The notes under the pieces: generated by a model
What the model was told of the DNA's origin: nothing
What the model saw: the letters and a program-made list of their open reading frames with translations, nothing else
Databases searched by the model: none
NCBI GenBank assembly: GCA_038888155.1
Contig: JAWAJB010000005.1
Span: 1-62,933 of the forward strand
Reading direction: 5' to 3'
Length of the DNA stretch: 62,933 bases
DNA from: Desulfurococcaceae archaeon
GTDB lineage: Archaea; Thermoproteota; Thermoprotei_A; Sulfolobales; Desulfurococcaceae
In this document: in pieces, positions 39,394-51,389 of the stretch
Layout of the letters: the number at the start of each line of letters is the position of its first letter
Numbering within the stretch: position 1 is the first letter of the stretch
Program-made: the position numbers and the translations under genes

Positions 39394-42069
39394 TTAGATC
39401 CTAATCTTCAGTGCTTTTCTAACCTCATCTACAAGAAGGACTATTAGCGGAGATACTATTATTACTCCCCAGACCTCTAGACTGAGTGGAGCTGTGTGAA
39501 ACAAACTTGAAAGCGGTGTGTATAGAACCACTAATTGCAGACCAAGTGAAATTAACAAAGCAAGTAAGAGCCATTTATTTAGCGGTAGTTTCCAAATTGA
39601 GCGATTTTCGCTTCTCGATGAAAGGCCCCTTCCGAACTCAGATAATACTATAGATGTGAATGCGGCAGTTCTCCCTAAGAGGAGATCAGCCATGAAGTAA
39701 ATAGAGTAGATCCCGAGAACTAAACTGCCTAGCAAAGCTCCCATAGCGAGATAATACAAAATTTTGTTCCGCGTTATAAACCTTTCTGAAGGACTTCTAG
39801 GTGGTCTCTCCATGATGCCTGGCTCGGGCGGTTCTACTCCAAGGGACAGAGCTGGCAGAGAGTCTGTCACTACGTTGATCCACAGCAAGTGTATTGGCTC
39901 GAGTGGCGGAGGCATATTGAGTAGCTGAGCCCCAAACACTGTAATGATTTCCCCCATATTGCAAGTCAACAGGTAGTTAATTGGTTTTTTCAGGTTCTCA
40001 AATATTATCCTTCCTTCCTTAATGGCCTCCACAATAGTTACGTAGTTGTCGTCCATAAGCACTAATTGCGAGGCTTCCTTTGCTACATCAGTGCCCTTTA
40101 TGCCCATTGCTATTCCTACATGAGCTTCCTTGAGGGCAGGGGCATCGTTAACTCCGTCGCCCGTCATTGCAACTCGATAACCCCTGGCCTTGAGCAATCG
40201 TACTATTCTCGCTTTATGTTCAGGTGTAACTCTAGCAAATACAGATACTTTATCTATTAGCTTTAACAGATCATTATCATTCATCCGATCTAGGTCCTTC
40301 CCCTCCAGGACCATGTGGCTGTCTACATCTAATCCAATTATTTTAGCTACCGTTGTAGCTGTCAGCTTGTGGTCACCTGTAATCAAAATTGTTTTAACCC
40401 CAGCCCTTTTAGCTAGCTCGACCGCTTCCTTAACTCCATCGCGGGGAGGATCTATTATACCGAGTACCGCGTGAAAGGTTAAGTCCTTTTCTATTTCATC
40501 GGAGGATAACTCAGAGCTGTAAGAATTCAGTACTTTATATGCCACTGCGAAAACTCTATAGCCGCTTCCAGCTATCTCTTCAATAAATTTCATAACGTTT
40601 TCTCTTAACCCCTCGTTGAGCTCAAGAACCCCATTTGGAGTCCACACCTGTTTAGAAATTTCAAGCAGTCGCTCCGGGGCCCCCGAGACTACAATTAAGT
40701 AGCTGTCTCCGAACCTGTGTACTGTGCTTTTTCGCTTCCTAAACCTATCGAATGGGTATATCTTCAACAGCTCCAGCTCTTCGATCGCGCTCTCAACTCC
40801 CTTTTCGCCTAGGGCTTTATAGGCCAAGACTAACGCGGCGCCTTCCGTTGGAGATCCCTTTGCGATCCATTTTCCTCCCTCCTCAATCAGTTTAACATCC
40901 GCGACAGTGTGAGCAGCTAGAGTCCTGTAAAGTAGCGACATGTCACAATTTGGGTTGCACTTAATTCTCCCAATTGGAATGTAGCCTGAACCTTCTACAG
41001 TACACTCTAGTCCTAAGGAGCGTACAACTTTGACAGTCATTTCTCCCTTTGTTATTGTGCCAGTCTTATCTGAACAAATTACATCAACAGACCCTAGCGC
41101 CTCGACAGCTGAGAGCCTCCTCACTAGAGCGTTTTTCTTGGCCATTCTATACGCGCCAACTGCTAGCACAGCAGTAGCAATAGCAGGTAGCCCCTCTGGG
41201 ACAGCTGCTACTGCCAAAGCCACAGCTATCATTAATGATTCCACCAAGTTCGCGTAACCTTCAATTAATGAAAGCGCAAAAACGACAACGGCAATGGCGA
41301 GATAAATAGCTCCAATTCTCTTTCCAAAGTGATCTAACTCTAACTCTAGGGGGGTTTTCTCCTCTTTAACCTCTGCGACAGCCTTGGCTATTTTACCTAG
41401 CTCTGTTTTCATTCCCGTTGAAACAACTACACCCTTACCTATGCCTCGAACAACATACGTCCCAGCAAAAGCCATATTTTTTCTTTCCCCTATAGGGATG
41501 TCCTCTTCTAGTATTAGGTTGTGTTCTTTTTCAACTGGCGTGCTCTCACCTGTCAGGGGGGCTTCGTCTACTTCTAAATTATCAGAGTCAATGAGCCTGA
41601 GATCTGCTGGAACTCTATCCCCTTCTCTTAACAATACAATATCTCCAGGGACAACATTTATTGTATCGATCTCAACTTCAACGCCATTTCTCAAAACGCG
41701 GCACTTAGGTGAGGACATTTTTCTAAGTGCTTCAAGGGTCCTATCGGCTCTATACTCTTGAATAAAACCAAAAATTCCCATGATAATTATAATGATAAAT
41801 ATTACAACGGCGTCAACGACTTCGCCTATAAAGGCGGACATAATTGTAGCAATAATTAATATACCAATCAGGAAATTGTAGAATTGTCTAGCTAATAGCC
41901 TTATAGGGTGTTTCCTTCTAGTTACAATCTCGTTGAGGCCATACTTATTAATTCTCCGTCTAACTTCACTTTCGCTCAAGCCTACGTTAGGGTCTACATC
42001 AAATTCCCTTAGGGCTTCATCTATTCTCATTGCATGCCATAGCGAGACTTCTCTTGCGATTTTAACCAC
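39394..42069 (-). CDS. P-type II (Ca2+-type) cation-transporting ATPase
   Basis: TGES, PEGL, CSDKTGT, DPPR, TGD, GDGVND, NMGE, WINVVTD. Confidence 0.93.
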   Translation of the reverse strand: MVKIAREVSLWHAMRIDEALREFDVDPNVGLSESEVRRRINKYGLNEIVTRRKHPIRLLARQFYNFLIGILIIATIMSAFIGEVVDAVVIFIIIIIMGIFGFIQEYRADRTLEALRKMSSPKCRVLRNGVEVEIDTINVVPGDIVLLREGDRVPADLRLIDSDNLEVDEAPLTGESTPVEKEHNLILEEDIPIGERKNMAFAGTYVVRGIGKGVVVSTGMKTELGKIAKAVAEVKEEKTPLELELDHFGKRIGAIYLAIAVVVFALSLIEGYANLVESLMIAVALAVAAVPEGLPAIATAVLAVGAYRMAKKNALVRRLSAVEALGSVDVICSDKTGTITKGEMTVKVVRSLGLECTVEGSGYIPIGRIKCNPNCDMSLLYRTLAAHTVADVKLIEEGGKWIAKGSPTEGAALVLAYKALGEKGVESAIEELELLKIYPFDRFRKRKSTVHRFGDSYLIVVSGAPERLLEISKQVWTPNGVLELNEGLRENVMKFIEEIAGSGYRVFAVAYKVLNSYSSELSSDEIEKDLTFHAVLGIIDPPRDGVKEAVELAKRAGVKTILITGDHKLTATTVAKIIGLDVDSHMVLEGKDLDRMNDNDLLKLIDKVSVFARVTPEHKARIVRLLKARGYRVAMTGDGVNDAPALKEAHVGIAMGIKGTDVAKEASQLVLMDDNYVTIVEAIKEGRIIFENLKKPINYLLTCNMGEIITVFGAQLLNMPPPLEPIHLLWINVVTDSLPALSLGVEPPEPGIMERPPRSPSERFITRNKILYYLAMGALLGSLVLGIYSIYFMADLLLGRTAAFTSIVLSEFGRGLSSRSENRSIWKLPLNKWLLLALLISLGLQLVVLYTPLSSLFHTAPLSLEVWGVIIVSPLIVLLVDEVRKALKIRI

Positions 42070-42125
42070 CCGTAGCTTTTCTATCTACTTTTTAATTCCT
42101 AAAATCGGGAACTTCTTTGTTCTTC

Positions 42126-43034
42126 CTAGATCTTTTGGGGATATCTGGTTCTAAGTTCTCTATGCAAATTTATTAATTTTTCGAGGATCTTGCTTCTATA
42201 TTCGCGTATCTTAAATCCCCTGGGCTTATCCGCCATTACGATTAAAATATAGTAGCTCTTGTCGCTTTGTTCCTCTACGTATACTTCGACTTGTCCCGGC
42301 AATTCTGAGAGTGCCTTTTTAGATAAGTTGAGTACGAGCTCCGGTTCATAGTCTATGGGAAGTTCGTACCTAACCTGCACCCGTGGAGACCCTATCTCTT
42401 CTTCTTCCTCCTCGAACACTACTGCACTTGTGAACAGCATAGAATTGGCCACTTTAATCAGTTCGCCCGTCTCTAGGGCTATTTTAGTGTACATCAGGCC
42501 GACCTCTACTACTGTTCCCCTTAGTGTTGGCGTTTGTACATCTCGGCTAAATGCCTTGTATGCGGGAAAGGCTATGCTTGTTATGGGTATAGAAGTGCTT
42601 GCGATTCTTATCATTTTACCTGGCCTCAAGAAGCCTGACCCTAGAATAATCAACCCTGAGAAGAAATTAGAGAGCACGGACTGCATCCCTAGACCTATAA
42701 TTAAGCCCGAGAATGTAGCACTAGCTAAGAGAGACTCTCCGCTCAGTCCAAGTAAGCTGAGAACTATCACTCCTACAACGACGTAACCAAGTATTAAGAT
42801 AACGTTCCTAACAAGTAAGGCCTCGTGACCTAGCCTCTTAATTTGCCACATAATTTTCTTGGCCAAGTACTCAATAAATAGAACGCCCACAACTAATGAA
42901 ACAATTGATTGAACAACTCGAGTTCCCATGTAAGTCTTATATGGCTCGGGTAGAAAGAAGTAAAGCGTAGAATAGGTTATGGCAATAGATATAAGCACTA
43001 ACAAATAATAAGTGTATGCCCTCAAGCACATCAC
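42126..43034 (-). CDS. Small-conductance mechanosensitive channel (MscS family)
   Basis: TM helices, GLGMQSVLSNFFSG, GTVVEVGLMYT, KVAN. Confidence 0.85.
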   Translation of the reverse strand: MMCLRAYTYYLLVLISIAITYSTLYFFLPEPYKTYMGTRVVQSIVSLVVGVLFIEYLAKKIMWQIKRLGHEALLVRNVILILGYVVVGVIVLSLLGLSGESLLASATFSGLIIGLGMQSVLSNFFSGLIILGSGFLRPGKMIRIASTSIPITSIAFPAYKAFSRDVQTPTLRGTVVEVGLMYTKIALETGELIKVANSMLFTSAVVFEEEEEEIGSPRVQVRYELPIDYEPELVLNLSKKALSELPGQVEVYVEEQSDKSYYILIVMADKPRGFKIREYRSKILEKLINLHRELRTRYPQKI

Positions 43035-43150
43035 CTCGAATAATGCGAGAGTGCCTCATAAGATATAAATTGAAGTTACCTAATAATAGCTAAGAATTTT
43101 TAACATGTGATTACACAATAGATCTCGCGCCGAGAGTAGGTGAGAATATC

Positions 43151-44113
43151 TTGAAGGTTGTATACTTGTTCCAGCCGCCTCAAATTGGGCTCGATATTCT
43201 AAGCAAAGAGGGCATAAACTACGTTGTATACAGGGGGGAGCGCCAACAGCTCGCTGACTGGCTAAGGAGAGAGGCAACAGACGCGGGAGTTATAGTAGCA
43301 TCGCCTCGCGACTCAGTCGACAAAGGGGTACTGGACATTGCTCGAGGTGTCAAGCTTATTATAGTTAATGGCTCAGGTGTAGACAAGGTTGACCTAAATG
43401 AAGCCACAAAGAGGAACATATGCGTTGCCAATGCACCGGATTCAATTGCCGAGTCTGTTGCCGACCATATAATTGCCCTCATATTAGCACACTATCGAAA
43501 TATTGTGAGGGGAGATAGGTACGTCAGGGAAGGAAAGTGGACAGGAGGTCCTCCATTTCTCTGTCATTCACTTAAAGGTAAGCAAGTAGGAATCGTAGGT
43601 ATGGGGAGAATTGGTTCTGCATTAGTGAGAAGGCTTAAACCATTTGAACCTAAAGTGGTATACTGGGATCGGAAGACTAAAGTGGAAGTAGAGCACGGCT
43701 TGAGCGTCATGTGGATGGATTTAGATGAGCTCCTGGAGACGAGCGATGTTATAGCTATCACGTTAGCTTTGACACAAGAAACGCGGGGATTGATTAATAG
43801 GGAGCGCATATATAAGTTAAAAAGTGGCACACTTTTAGTTAATACGTCCAGGGGAGCAATCGTAGATGAGGAAGCCTTAATAGAGAGACTAATTAAGGGA
43901 GAGATATACGCCGCCTTAGATGTTTTCACGCAAGAGCCTCTGCCATCTACAAGCCCCCTGATCTCATTAAAGGAGGCTATTCTAACGCCACATATTGGGG
44001 GAGTTTCGATTGAAGCAGCCGTTCAGACATCTCAATATGTATCGGAGATCATTGTGAACTACGTAAAGAAAAACAAACTGCCAAAAACGTTAGTAAATAC
44101 GTGTACGCCCTGA
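43151..44113 (+). CDS. D-2-hydroxyacid dehydrogenase (glyoxylate/hydroxypyruvate reductase-like)
   Basis: SGVDKVD, GIVGMGRIG, NTSRG, LDVFTQEP, TPHIG. Confidence 0.9.
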   Translation: MKVVYLFQPPQIGLDILSKEGINYVVYRGERQQLADWLRREATDAGVIVASPRDSVDKGVLDIARGVKLIIVNGSGVDKVDLNEATKRNICVANAPDSIAESVADHIIALILAHYRNIVRGDRYVREGKWTGGPPFLCHSLKGKQVGIVGMGRIGSALVRRLKPFEPKVVYWDRKTKVEVEHGLSVMWMDLDELLETSDVIAITLALTQETRGLINRERIYKLKSGTLLVNTSRGAIVDEEALIERLIKGEIYAALDVFTQEPLPSTSPLISLKEAILTPHIGGVSIEAAVQTSQYVSEIIVNYVKKNKLPKTLVNTCTP

Positions 44114-44210
44114 GATGCCTTAGTGCGACCATGAGCTAGCAGGCGACTACTGATCCTCATTTATGCTAGGAAAGTTAAAAAGAATTTTTATTTTTTAACA
44201 ATTAAACAGA

Positions 44211-44663
44211 CTACTTACTCTCAAGAGATATTTCCAACGGAGTTGGCTCAATAATAGTTCCTGCTACTGGACATCTACGCTCGACTTCTTTAATCCACCT
44301 CTCGAGGTCGCCGCGTGCATTGGGCGAGCTAACCCTGAGCTTTACTTTAATGCTCTTCAATCCTGCCTTTTCGCCTCTACCTGTGTACAACCTCTCGGGA
44401 CTATATGCTCCCTCTATATCTATCTCCCAAGACTCAATTACTATTCCCATTGCCTGTGCTATTGTATATCCTACTACGTTCATACACCCAGCAAGAGAGA
44501 CTAATAGAAGCTCCATGGGGCGTGGGGCTTCCCCATCACCTTTATCGGTACACACCTGAAATTTTCCGGCTTCAAAGCACGCGTACGTGGGCGGCTTTCC
44601 TTTAACCCATGACCCTCTGACGCTTACAACGATATCTTTGAACTGAATAGAACTCATAGCCAA
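44211..44663 (-). CDS. OsmC/Ohr family protein
   Basis: PMELLLVSLAGC and RRCPV two-Cys motifs. Confidence 0.88.
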   Translation of the reverse strand: MAMSSIQFKDIVVSVRGSWVKGKPPTYACFEAGKFQVCTDKGDGEAPRPMELLLVSLAGCMNVVGYTIAQAMGIVIESWEIDIEGAYSPERLYTGRGEKAGLKSIKVKLRVSSPNARGDLERWIKEVERRCPVAGTIIEPTPLEISLESK

Positions 44664-45363
44664 AGCCTTAAGGTATTGTTGTGTATAAAGTATGTCTGTC
44701 CAAGTTTAAAAAACATAAATAAATGATCGATGGGGAGCAACAACCGTCTGTGTGTGATTCTCTGTAGAACAGGATATAAGCCACTCTAGAGACGCAATTA
44801 GCTTTAAAGCCCAGCTAAATCTAAAGCCAAAGTTGCTAGAGGTATTTAATTACCAAACAATGAAGCCACCTTAACAGCAATCAACAGAAAAATATTTGAT
44901 CATATGCGAGTTCTTTACAGATCCATGAATTTTAAGTTCTTAATTCAGTTTACACGTACGTAGACCCTGAGTCAGCTACGGGAAAAATAGATAATTGTGA
45001 TATCAAAGTTCTAATAGACTTCTTTCATGCAGGAGAAATTGAAGTTGAGTCCCCTAACAGTATACTGTATTAACGTGGTCGCTCAAATTAGAGAGTGAAA
45101 ACCATATAAATCCATATACACCTTATAGCAAATTGTCTATGGAGAGGGTGTTTTACATTGCCAAGCGCTCCGGAGGGGCTTGCTTATTTGCTGTTAGCTC
45201 AACACTATAACTACATTGGCTTGAATCCAAAGTCAAGGCGATTATACTGTTTAAATTGTAAGGTATCTATCTATGCATATCTTTAGCTTGGAGAGGTTAG
45301 GTTTAGATTGTCTCAACACATGGCCCCGCGCCATTTTAGTTGATTGACTTCCAAGGTGATTTT

Positions 45364-46353
45364 ATGCCTTACGCTATTGAAGTAAAAAACGTCTTCAAGA
45401 GCTACAGAGTTAAGCAAAAAAGAGGCATACTCAATGCTGGCGTAGAGGTCGTAGAGGCATTAAGAGGTATTAGCTTTAATGTCGACTATGGGGAGGTAGT
45501 AGGGCTCCTTGGACCTAATGGAGCTGGTAAAACAACCACAATAAAGATACTGGCTACACTGCTTCTCCCCGACAAAGGCGAAGCCCGAGTAGCCGGTTTT
45601 GATGTTTTCAAGGAACCCCAGGAAGCGAGGAAGCACATTGGGATAATGCTCACTGTGGAGAAGGGGTTTTATGGAAAGTTGACGGGGCGAGAAAATCTAG
45701 AGTACTTTGCGGCTTTATATGGCTTAAGCAGAAGTGCCACAAAGAGAAGAGTAGATTACTTGATCGAGCTTCTTGAGCTAGATAAGCTGGGAGGGGACTG
45801 TAAGTCATTTGAGGAGTTCAGTTTAGGAATGAAGGCAAGGCTCAGCCTAGCTAGAGCTCTACTAAGTGACGCTCCAATACTGCTTCTAGACGAGCCAACG
45901 CTGGGCTTAGATCCGCCGAGTGCGCGTAGAATAAGGGAACTAGTTAGGGAGCTAGCTCACAGAGAAAAAAAGGCAATACTGTACACAACTCACAACATGT
46001 TTGAAGCGGAGCAAGTTTGCGACAGAATAATTATTATTAATGGGGGGACCATTGTCGCCGAGGGAACACAAGACGATTTGAAAAAGCGCATACCAAAAGT
46101 TAGAGTGTTGAGTCTACTGGTTCATGGAAGCGATGATGCTCAGAAGCCGTTGGCAAAATACAACCTGAAATTTTCGCTAAAAAAGGAGAATGGCAATACC
46201 TACAATATCCAACTACACTCCGAGAGACCAGAGGAGATCCTCAGTACAGTATTAAAAGATTACATAGTCAGCGGCTTTGAAGTTCTGTCAGTGAAAATAG
46301 AGGAGCCTACGTTGGAAGACGTCTTTATTTACTTTAGCGGCGGGGCAAAATGA
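45364..46353 (+). CDS. ABC exporter ATPase (DrrA-like)
   Basis: GPNGAGKTT, FSLGMK, LDEPTLGLD, TTH, PTLEDVF; ATG 45364 after GGTGA. Confidence 0.92.
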   Translation: MPYAIEVKNVFKSYRVKQKRGILNAGVEVVEALRGISFNVDYGEVVGLLGPNGAGKTTTIKILATLLLPDKGEARVAGFDVFKEPQEARKHIGIMLTVEKGFYGKLTGRENLEYFAALYGLSRSATKRRVDYLIELLELDKLGGDCKSFEEFSLGMKARLSLARALLSDAPILLLDEPTLGLDPPSARRIRELVRELAHREKKAILYTTHNMFEAEQVCDRIIIINGGTIVAEGTQDDLKKRIPKVRVLSLLVHGSDDAQKPLAKYNLKFSLKKENGNTYNIQLHSERPEEILSTVLKDYIVSGFEVLSVKIEEPTLEDVFIYFSGGAK

Positions 46354-47150
46354 CTTTCTTCGATATTTTGAAGGCCGAGTATACTCTAGTTTACAGTGAA
46401 TTATTTAGAAGAAGATCTGCCCTTATTGCAATGGTCGCATATCCTTATTTGTTCGCTGGATTTACTTTATTTTTTGGCTACTCAATGGGATCTCCAGATG
46501 CGTTTCTAGAGAGATTAAAAGTAGATCCTATCGTGTACTTGATAACAGCGAGCTATATGCTAATGGCCCTTATTGTGACTGTCGATGACTTATTCTGGAG
46601 ACCGCTGTCAGACCTCATGATAGGCACGTTGCCCTATATTATAGCATCTCCTGTAAACAAACTACTCCTTTACTTTATTATACCTCTTCCTAGGGCTACT
46701 TGTTTGTTGCTTATGGGTTTTACTTGTCTAATCCCTGTGTACTTGCTCAACTACGGCGTGGAGGGTATCTTCATTTCGATGCTCATAATTGGGTTGGTTG
46801 CACTCGGATGTATTTTAATGACGCCCCTTGCGGTAATAATAGCGAGCACTGTTCACAACATAAGTGAGAGCTGGAGAGCTCTGGATGTCATAAGGCCTTT
46901 TATAATGATCTTATTGGGCGTTTATTACCCCCGACTGTACATGCCCCTAATCGGCTATTTCCTGAGCTACCTTATACCTCCATCTCACGTTGTTGAAGCT
47001 GTTCAAATTTTGTTATCTGGCGTCTCTAGCGGGGTTTACAATCTGGTTGTATTAGCAATTACTGTCACACTCCTTTACGTTCCGGTAAGTCAGTATAGCC
47101 TCAGGAAGTGGGAGCTACGGAGGGTGAGAGAAGGTGTCAAAACTTCTTAG
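46350..47150 (+). CDS. ABC-2 type permease
   Basis: 6 TM, GTLPYIIASP, GVYYP..P; ATGA overlap with the ATPase. Confidence 0.8.
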   Translation: MTFFDILKAEYTLVYSELFRRRSALIAMVAYPYLFAGFTLFFGYSMGSPDAFLERLKVDPIVYLITASYMLMALIVTVDDLFWRPLSDLMIGTLPYIIASPVNKLLLYFIIPLPRATCLLLMGFTCLIPVYLLNYGVEGIFISMLIIGLVALGCILMTPLAVIIASTVHNISESWRALDVIRPFIMILLGVYYPRLYMPLIGYFLSYLIPPSHVVEAVQILLSGVSSGVYNLVVLAITVTLLYVPVSQYSLRKWELRRVREGVKTS

Positions 47151-47943
47151 GAGGGCTTGGGCTGTCTTCAAAGCATACCTATTAACGGAGCTTATTCGAA
47201 GCAAAAGCGCAGTGTTCGCGTTTTTAGGCATAGCTCTGTGGATCGTTTTATTCACGTCGCCAACTAAGCTCTTTTTACCCTTTGGGGAGAGTTTGAGTCA
47301 AATGGCTACAGGCATGTTTATTGGTATATCAATTTTCTTACTTTATGGTACTGCAACGTGGGATTGGGCAACGGAACTACGTTTTATGATAAATGATGGG
47401 AGATTGGAGTATTACATTGCAAGCGGGTGCGGTTTTATGCCTCACTTTATCGGGATATTACCTGTGTCCTTAATATGGGTTGGAATAGCGCTTGTGATTA
47501 ATTACGTTGTGCTGTCAATAATATGGGGATCTCCAAATTTGGCAGTGAATAACCCGCCTGCGTTGATATTAGGCTTTATTCTCTTATTACTTAACCTTGT
47601 TTCATACGCTTTAATCTTGGGAGGATTTATTATTTCAAGCGGAACCAGTGGATTTATTGTGGAGATCCTAGGCTTCGTTATGCCTGTAATCACGGGCGGG
47701 TTTACACCTCTTAGGACAGTAAATGAACCTCTGAGGACGCTGGCTCTCTTAACCCCCTTTAGTTATTCTGCTGAGATAATCAGGTACTCTACTATAGGGA
47801 TCAAACCAGCGTTAGAGGAACCGTTATTGGAGATCATTGGTTGTTTTTATGCAACAGCGTTCCTACTTGTAGGAGTTGCTTTCTTTAATTACCAGCTAAA
47901 GAAGGTTATGAGAGAGGGGTTCAGAGCCACATCAATGTGGTAG
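47134..47943 (+). CDS. ABC-2 type permease
   Basis: 6 TM, GRLEYYIAS, GGFTP..P; overlaps the previous gene. Confidence 0.8.
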   Translation: MSKLLRRAWAVFKAYLLTELIRSKSAVFAFLGIALWIVLFTSPTKLFLPFGESLSQMATGMFIGISIFLLYGTATWDWATELRFMINDGRLEYYIASGCGFMPHFIGILPVSLIWVGIALVINYVVLSIIWGSPNLAVNNPPALILGFILLLLNLVSYALILGGFIISSGTSGFIVEILGFVMPVITGGFTPLRTVNEPLRTLALLTPFSYSAEIIRYSTIGIKPALEEPLLEIIGCFYATAFLLVGVAFFNYQLKKVMREGFRATSMW

Positions 47944-48121
47944 GATTTGCGCTAGTTGTCTACAACTTGGAACTTGTAATTCAATAGCTCTTAGTAAAAT
48001 TGTAAATGAGTGGAGATCTAGGCGAATCAGCTACCCAACTACAATCTAGAAACTTTAGTAAACCCGCTTTCCTCTAAAAATTTATAACTAAGTGCTCATC
48101 TACTTCATAATTGGTGATATA

Positions 48122-49120
48122 ATGCTTGGCAAGGTTTTGTCTTTTCCGCGCTATAAGCTAATAACCCTTCCTACCCCCATGGAAAAAGCCCCTGCGTTGA
48201 GCAAAGAGCTTGGCATGGAACTTTGGATCAAGCGGGACGATGCTGTTGAATTGGCTATGGGCGGTAATAAGGCCAGGAAACTCGAATTCATATTAGGACA
48301 CATCGTTCCACAAGGCTACGACTCAATAATAACAGCTGGTGCTTATATCTCGAACTGCGTCAGGCTAGCTATTGCAGCTGCTAATAAAGCTGGTCTAGAG
48401 TCCTACGTTGTAGTCTACAAGCACCTCCCAGATCTCCCCCTCATCATGCAAGGCAACATGCTGCTAAACAAAATCTTGGGCGGGAATATTATAATCGCTG
48501 AAAAAAGAGAACAGCTAGACACGCTGATGATGAAAACGTTCGAGGAGCTAAAGGCCAAAGGTAAACGCCCATACATAATACCGATAGGTGCTGCCACAGA
48601 GCATGGTACACTAGGCTATGTTCTGGCGGCGCTGGAGATATTGCAACAATCGCTAGACAGAGGGTTTAAGCCGAAATACGTTGTTCACTCTACGGGATCC
48701 GTTGCTACTCAAGTTGGACTTATACTAGGATTCAAGATTCTGGGCATGGACGATGTTAAAGTTATAGGCATTGCTTCTGGCGGTGCTGCCAAAGCCCTTA
48801 AGGAGCGCGGTCTAGCACTGGCAAAGTCAACAAATGAGTTGCTAGGCGCAAATATAAATGTTACACCCGACGACTTCACAATATATGATCAATATAGCTT
48901 TGGAGGCTACGGAGTTATAACTAAAGAAGTCGTAGAAGTAATAGCGAGAGTCGCTAAAAAGGAAGGAATTCTATTAGATCCTGTGTACACAGCTAAAGCA
49001 ATGTACGGGCTCATGGACTTGGCGCAGAAAGGCGAGATAAAGGGACCTGCTATATTTGTTCATACAGGCGGAGGTCCAATATTGTTCCAACACGCCGATG
49101 ATCTTCTTAAGTTTATGTAG
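48122..49120 (+). CDS. D-cysteine desulfhydrase / ACC deaminase family PLP enzyme
   Basis: PTP, IKRDD, GGNKARKL, GN.LL, LDPVYTAK, HTGG; ATG 48122 after GGTGA. Confidence 0.9.
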   Translation: MLGKVLSFPRYKLITLPTPMEKAPALSKELGMELWIKRDDAVELAMGGNKARKLEFILGHIVPQGYDSIITAGAYISNCVRLAIAAANKAGLESYVVVYKHLPDLPLIMQGNMLLNKILGGNIIIAEKREQLDTLMMKTFEELKAKGKRPYIIPIGAATEHGTLGYVLAALEILQQSLDRGFKPKYVVHSTGSVATQVGLILGFKILGMDDVKVIGIASGGAAKALKERGLALAKSTNELLGANINVTPDDFTIYDQYSFGGYGVITKEVVEVIARVAKKEGILLDPVYTAKAMYGLMDLAQKGEIKGPAIFVHTGGGPILFQHADDLLKFM

Positions 49121-49456
49121 CTGTTGAATTGACACCACTTAGACAAGCTTATTGGGACAGCTTTTTATTTTCCCGGGCATCTAATTCTAAATCCCTCTTC
49201 CTGGGAAAGTTAATTTGGCCCTAAATATTAGCATGGACTGTAAACCTCATCTCGCTTACTCGAGGAGATTGGCGCCTACCTCTATTTATATTGCTTTATG
49301 TTTTCCATTACACCTAATTTTCGATTATGCCTTAATAGTGCAAGCGAATTAAGGTCCATACACAACACTTTAATTCTGAGATTTGGGAAGCTGTAACAAT
49401 TCACGATAAAATGGGGAGATAAGTTAACATAGCTTAAAGCCACTAGATTATTATAC

Positions 49457-50389
49457 GTGGTGGTTGACCTGACCAATTGCAGAGGCTTTCTCGGCAAACT
49501 CGAGGTCGGTGACGGTTTACCCGTAAGGGTAATGGGCGTTATAAACGTGTCACCGGAGTCCTTTTTCAAGGGATCTATCGCCTTTAAAGCTGAGGAACTT
49601 CCTAAAAGAGTTGAAGCCTTAGTCGATGAGGGGGCAGATCTGATCGATATTGGGGGGATGTCTACTGCTCCTTACTTGAATACAATGATCACCGTCGAGG
49701 AGGAGCTGGAGCGCGTGACTAGAGCCGTACGTATAATCAAGGACATCACAGATATACCAATATCGGTTGACACTTTTAGATCAAAAGTCGCAGACGCTGC
49801 CCTCAAACTGGGAGCAGAAGTGATCAACGATGTTACAGGGCTTCGCGGAGATCCAAAAATGGTCGACGTGTTACTAAATTATAGACCATCTCTCGTGGTT
49901 TGCCCTAAGATAAATTCGGTAAAATTAAACAGCGACCCTGTCAATCTCGTAATAGAAACTTTACGGGAGACTCTAGATATAATTACATCAAGAGGGCTTA
50001 ACCCAAGTAAAGTAATCGTAGATCCTTGCATTGGTTTCCACAGGTTTAAGGAGATACCTTGGTACATTTGGGATCTAACGTTAATATCCAAATTAGACAG
50101 ACTGAAGGTGCTCAGCAGACCAATACTTATAGGAGTATCAAGGAAGTCCTTTATAGGGGCAGTACTAGGAAAGGAGAGACCTGAAGAGAGACTTTATAGT
50201 AGCCTAGCCTACACTGCCATCGCAGTACTAAAGGGAGCTCACGTTATTCGAACACACGACGTTGCTGCTAGTAAAGACGTCATAAAGGCCGTAGAGTCAT
50301 TTAAGCACTATAATTTAACTCTTGTAGTTGATTACCCGTTCGTTGAAAATAACTCTAATTCGCGACGAGATGGGCCTTCAAAAGCTTAA
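49457..50389 (+). CDS. folP: Dihydropteroate synthase
   Basis: MGVINVSPESF, DIGGMST, SVDT, INDV, DP.IGF, SRKSF, IRTHDV. Confidence 0.92.
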   Translation: MVVDLTNCRGFLGKLEVGDGLPVRVMGVINVSPESFFKGSIAFKAEELPKRVEALVDEGADLIDIGGMSTAPYLNTMITVEEELERVTRAVRIIKDITDIPISVDTFRSKVADAALKLGAEVINDVTGLRGDPKMVDVLLNYRPSLVVCPKINSVKLNSDPVNLVIETLRETLDIITSRGLNPSKVIVDPCIGFHRFKEIPWYIWDLTLISKLDRLKVLSRPILIGVSRKSFIGAVLGKERPEERLYSSLAYTAIAVLKGAHVIRTHDVAASKDVIKAVESFKHYNLTLVVDYPFVENNSNSRRDGPSKA

Positions 50390-50419
50390 CTGTCTATATG
50401 CTATGGGGGGGGACAGACT

Positions 50420-50746
50420 TTATTTCTTGACTAACGAAGCCAGCGCGCCAATTATAAATCCCAACGTAACAGGTCCCATTGTTGTTAAACCTAGTAGAAC
50501 GATAAGGGAATTTATTGATTCTACTGTAAGGCCAATAACGCTCAATACTTCACTTGGCGTTATCCCAAGGCTCCACACAGATAGTGCAGCCCCTAAGGCA
50601 AGTATAGCCAATAACGCCAGAATGTATTTAAATGCCTTCAAAGCAACGTATCCAAGCGCTAAACCTAAGAAAAACTGCACTAAAATAACTACAGCCAATT
50701 GAGGATTAGAGATCGCTGCGTTGAGAATCCACCCTATGTCTGCCAT
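50420..50746 (-). CDS. Small 3-TM membrane protein (FUN14-like)
   Basis: Hydrophobic; GLALGYVALKAFK and GFIIG motifs; GGGGT SD. Confidence 0.6.
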   Translation of the reverse strand: MADIGWILNAAISNPQLAVVILVQFFLGLALGYVALKAFKYILALLAILALGAALSVWSLGITPSEVLSVIGLTVESINSLIVLLGLTTMGPVTLGFIIGALASLVKK

Positions 50747-51389
50747 GTAAGTAACCCCGATATATATTATTTAAACGATACTTAAATATTGAAGCACGTT
50801 AATTAGGGGGTGAACTAGAGCTAGTGGAATTGTGGATCGGAAAATAGCACTATAAATACTCCTCTTTGTTGAGCAGGAGTGATGCTTACTGTACTTGGTT
50901 AATTGTGCTACATTATTCTACCGAAAGAAACGAAGACGTTGGCAATGCTTGTATTGAACGTATATTGAAATTTTATATCTTGGTTTACACTGTAGCCCAA
51001 GATGAGGGGGGTAAAACTGCCTTCATGTTACTCTGAGGCCTGTGACTGTAGTCACCAATTTAGAGAGGGTGTAGGGCTTAAAGGGAAGTTCTTCTAAGAT
51101 TGATCAATCACTACGTTATATTTGCTTAATTTAATTACTTAGCTAAAAACGCTTTGATCTTTACGAAGAGGTTCGTTGGGCATGACTACGCAAAATACTT
51201 TGACCATATTTAACAATCCTGCATCAAACTCGTTATAATGTGATGGTTGCATGGAATCGGGACAAGCTTTTAATATAGGTTAATAACAAATTGTACGAGA
51301 ATAGATGGAATGGCTATCTTGATCGCTTAATTACTTAATTTAGGTCAGCCATTCCCAGCTTTAGTTGTCATTCAACTTTTAACTAGTAA

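Noticed and set aside
44664-45340. Hidden gene or ncRNA in a long intergenic region (similarly 23911-24487 and 50747-51389)
   Set aside because: Only short interrupted frames and incomplete C/D-like boxes; nothing assignable.
50999-51036. AAGATGA...CTGA as a second C/D sRNA
   Set aside because: Too short (about 38 nt) and no credible C'/D' pair.
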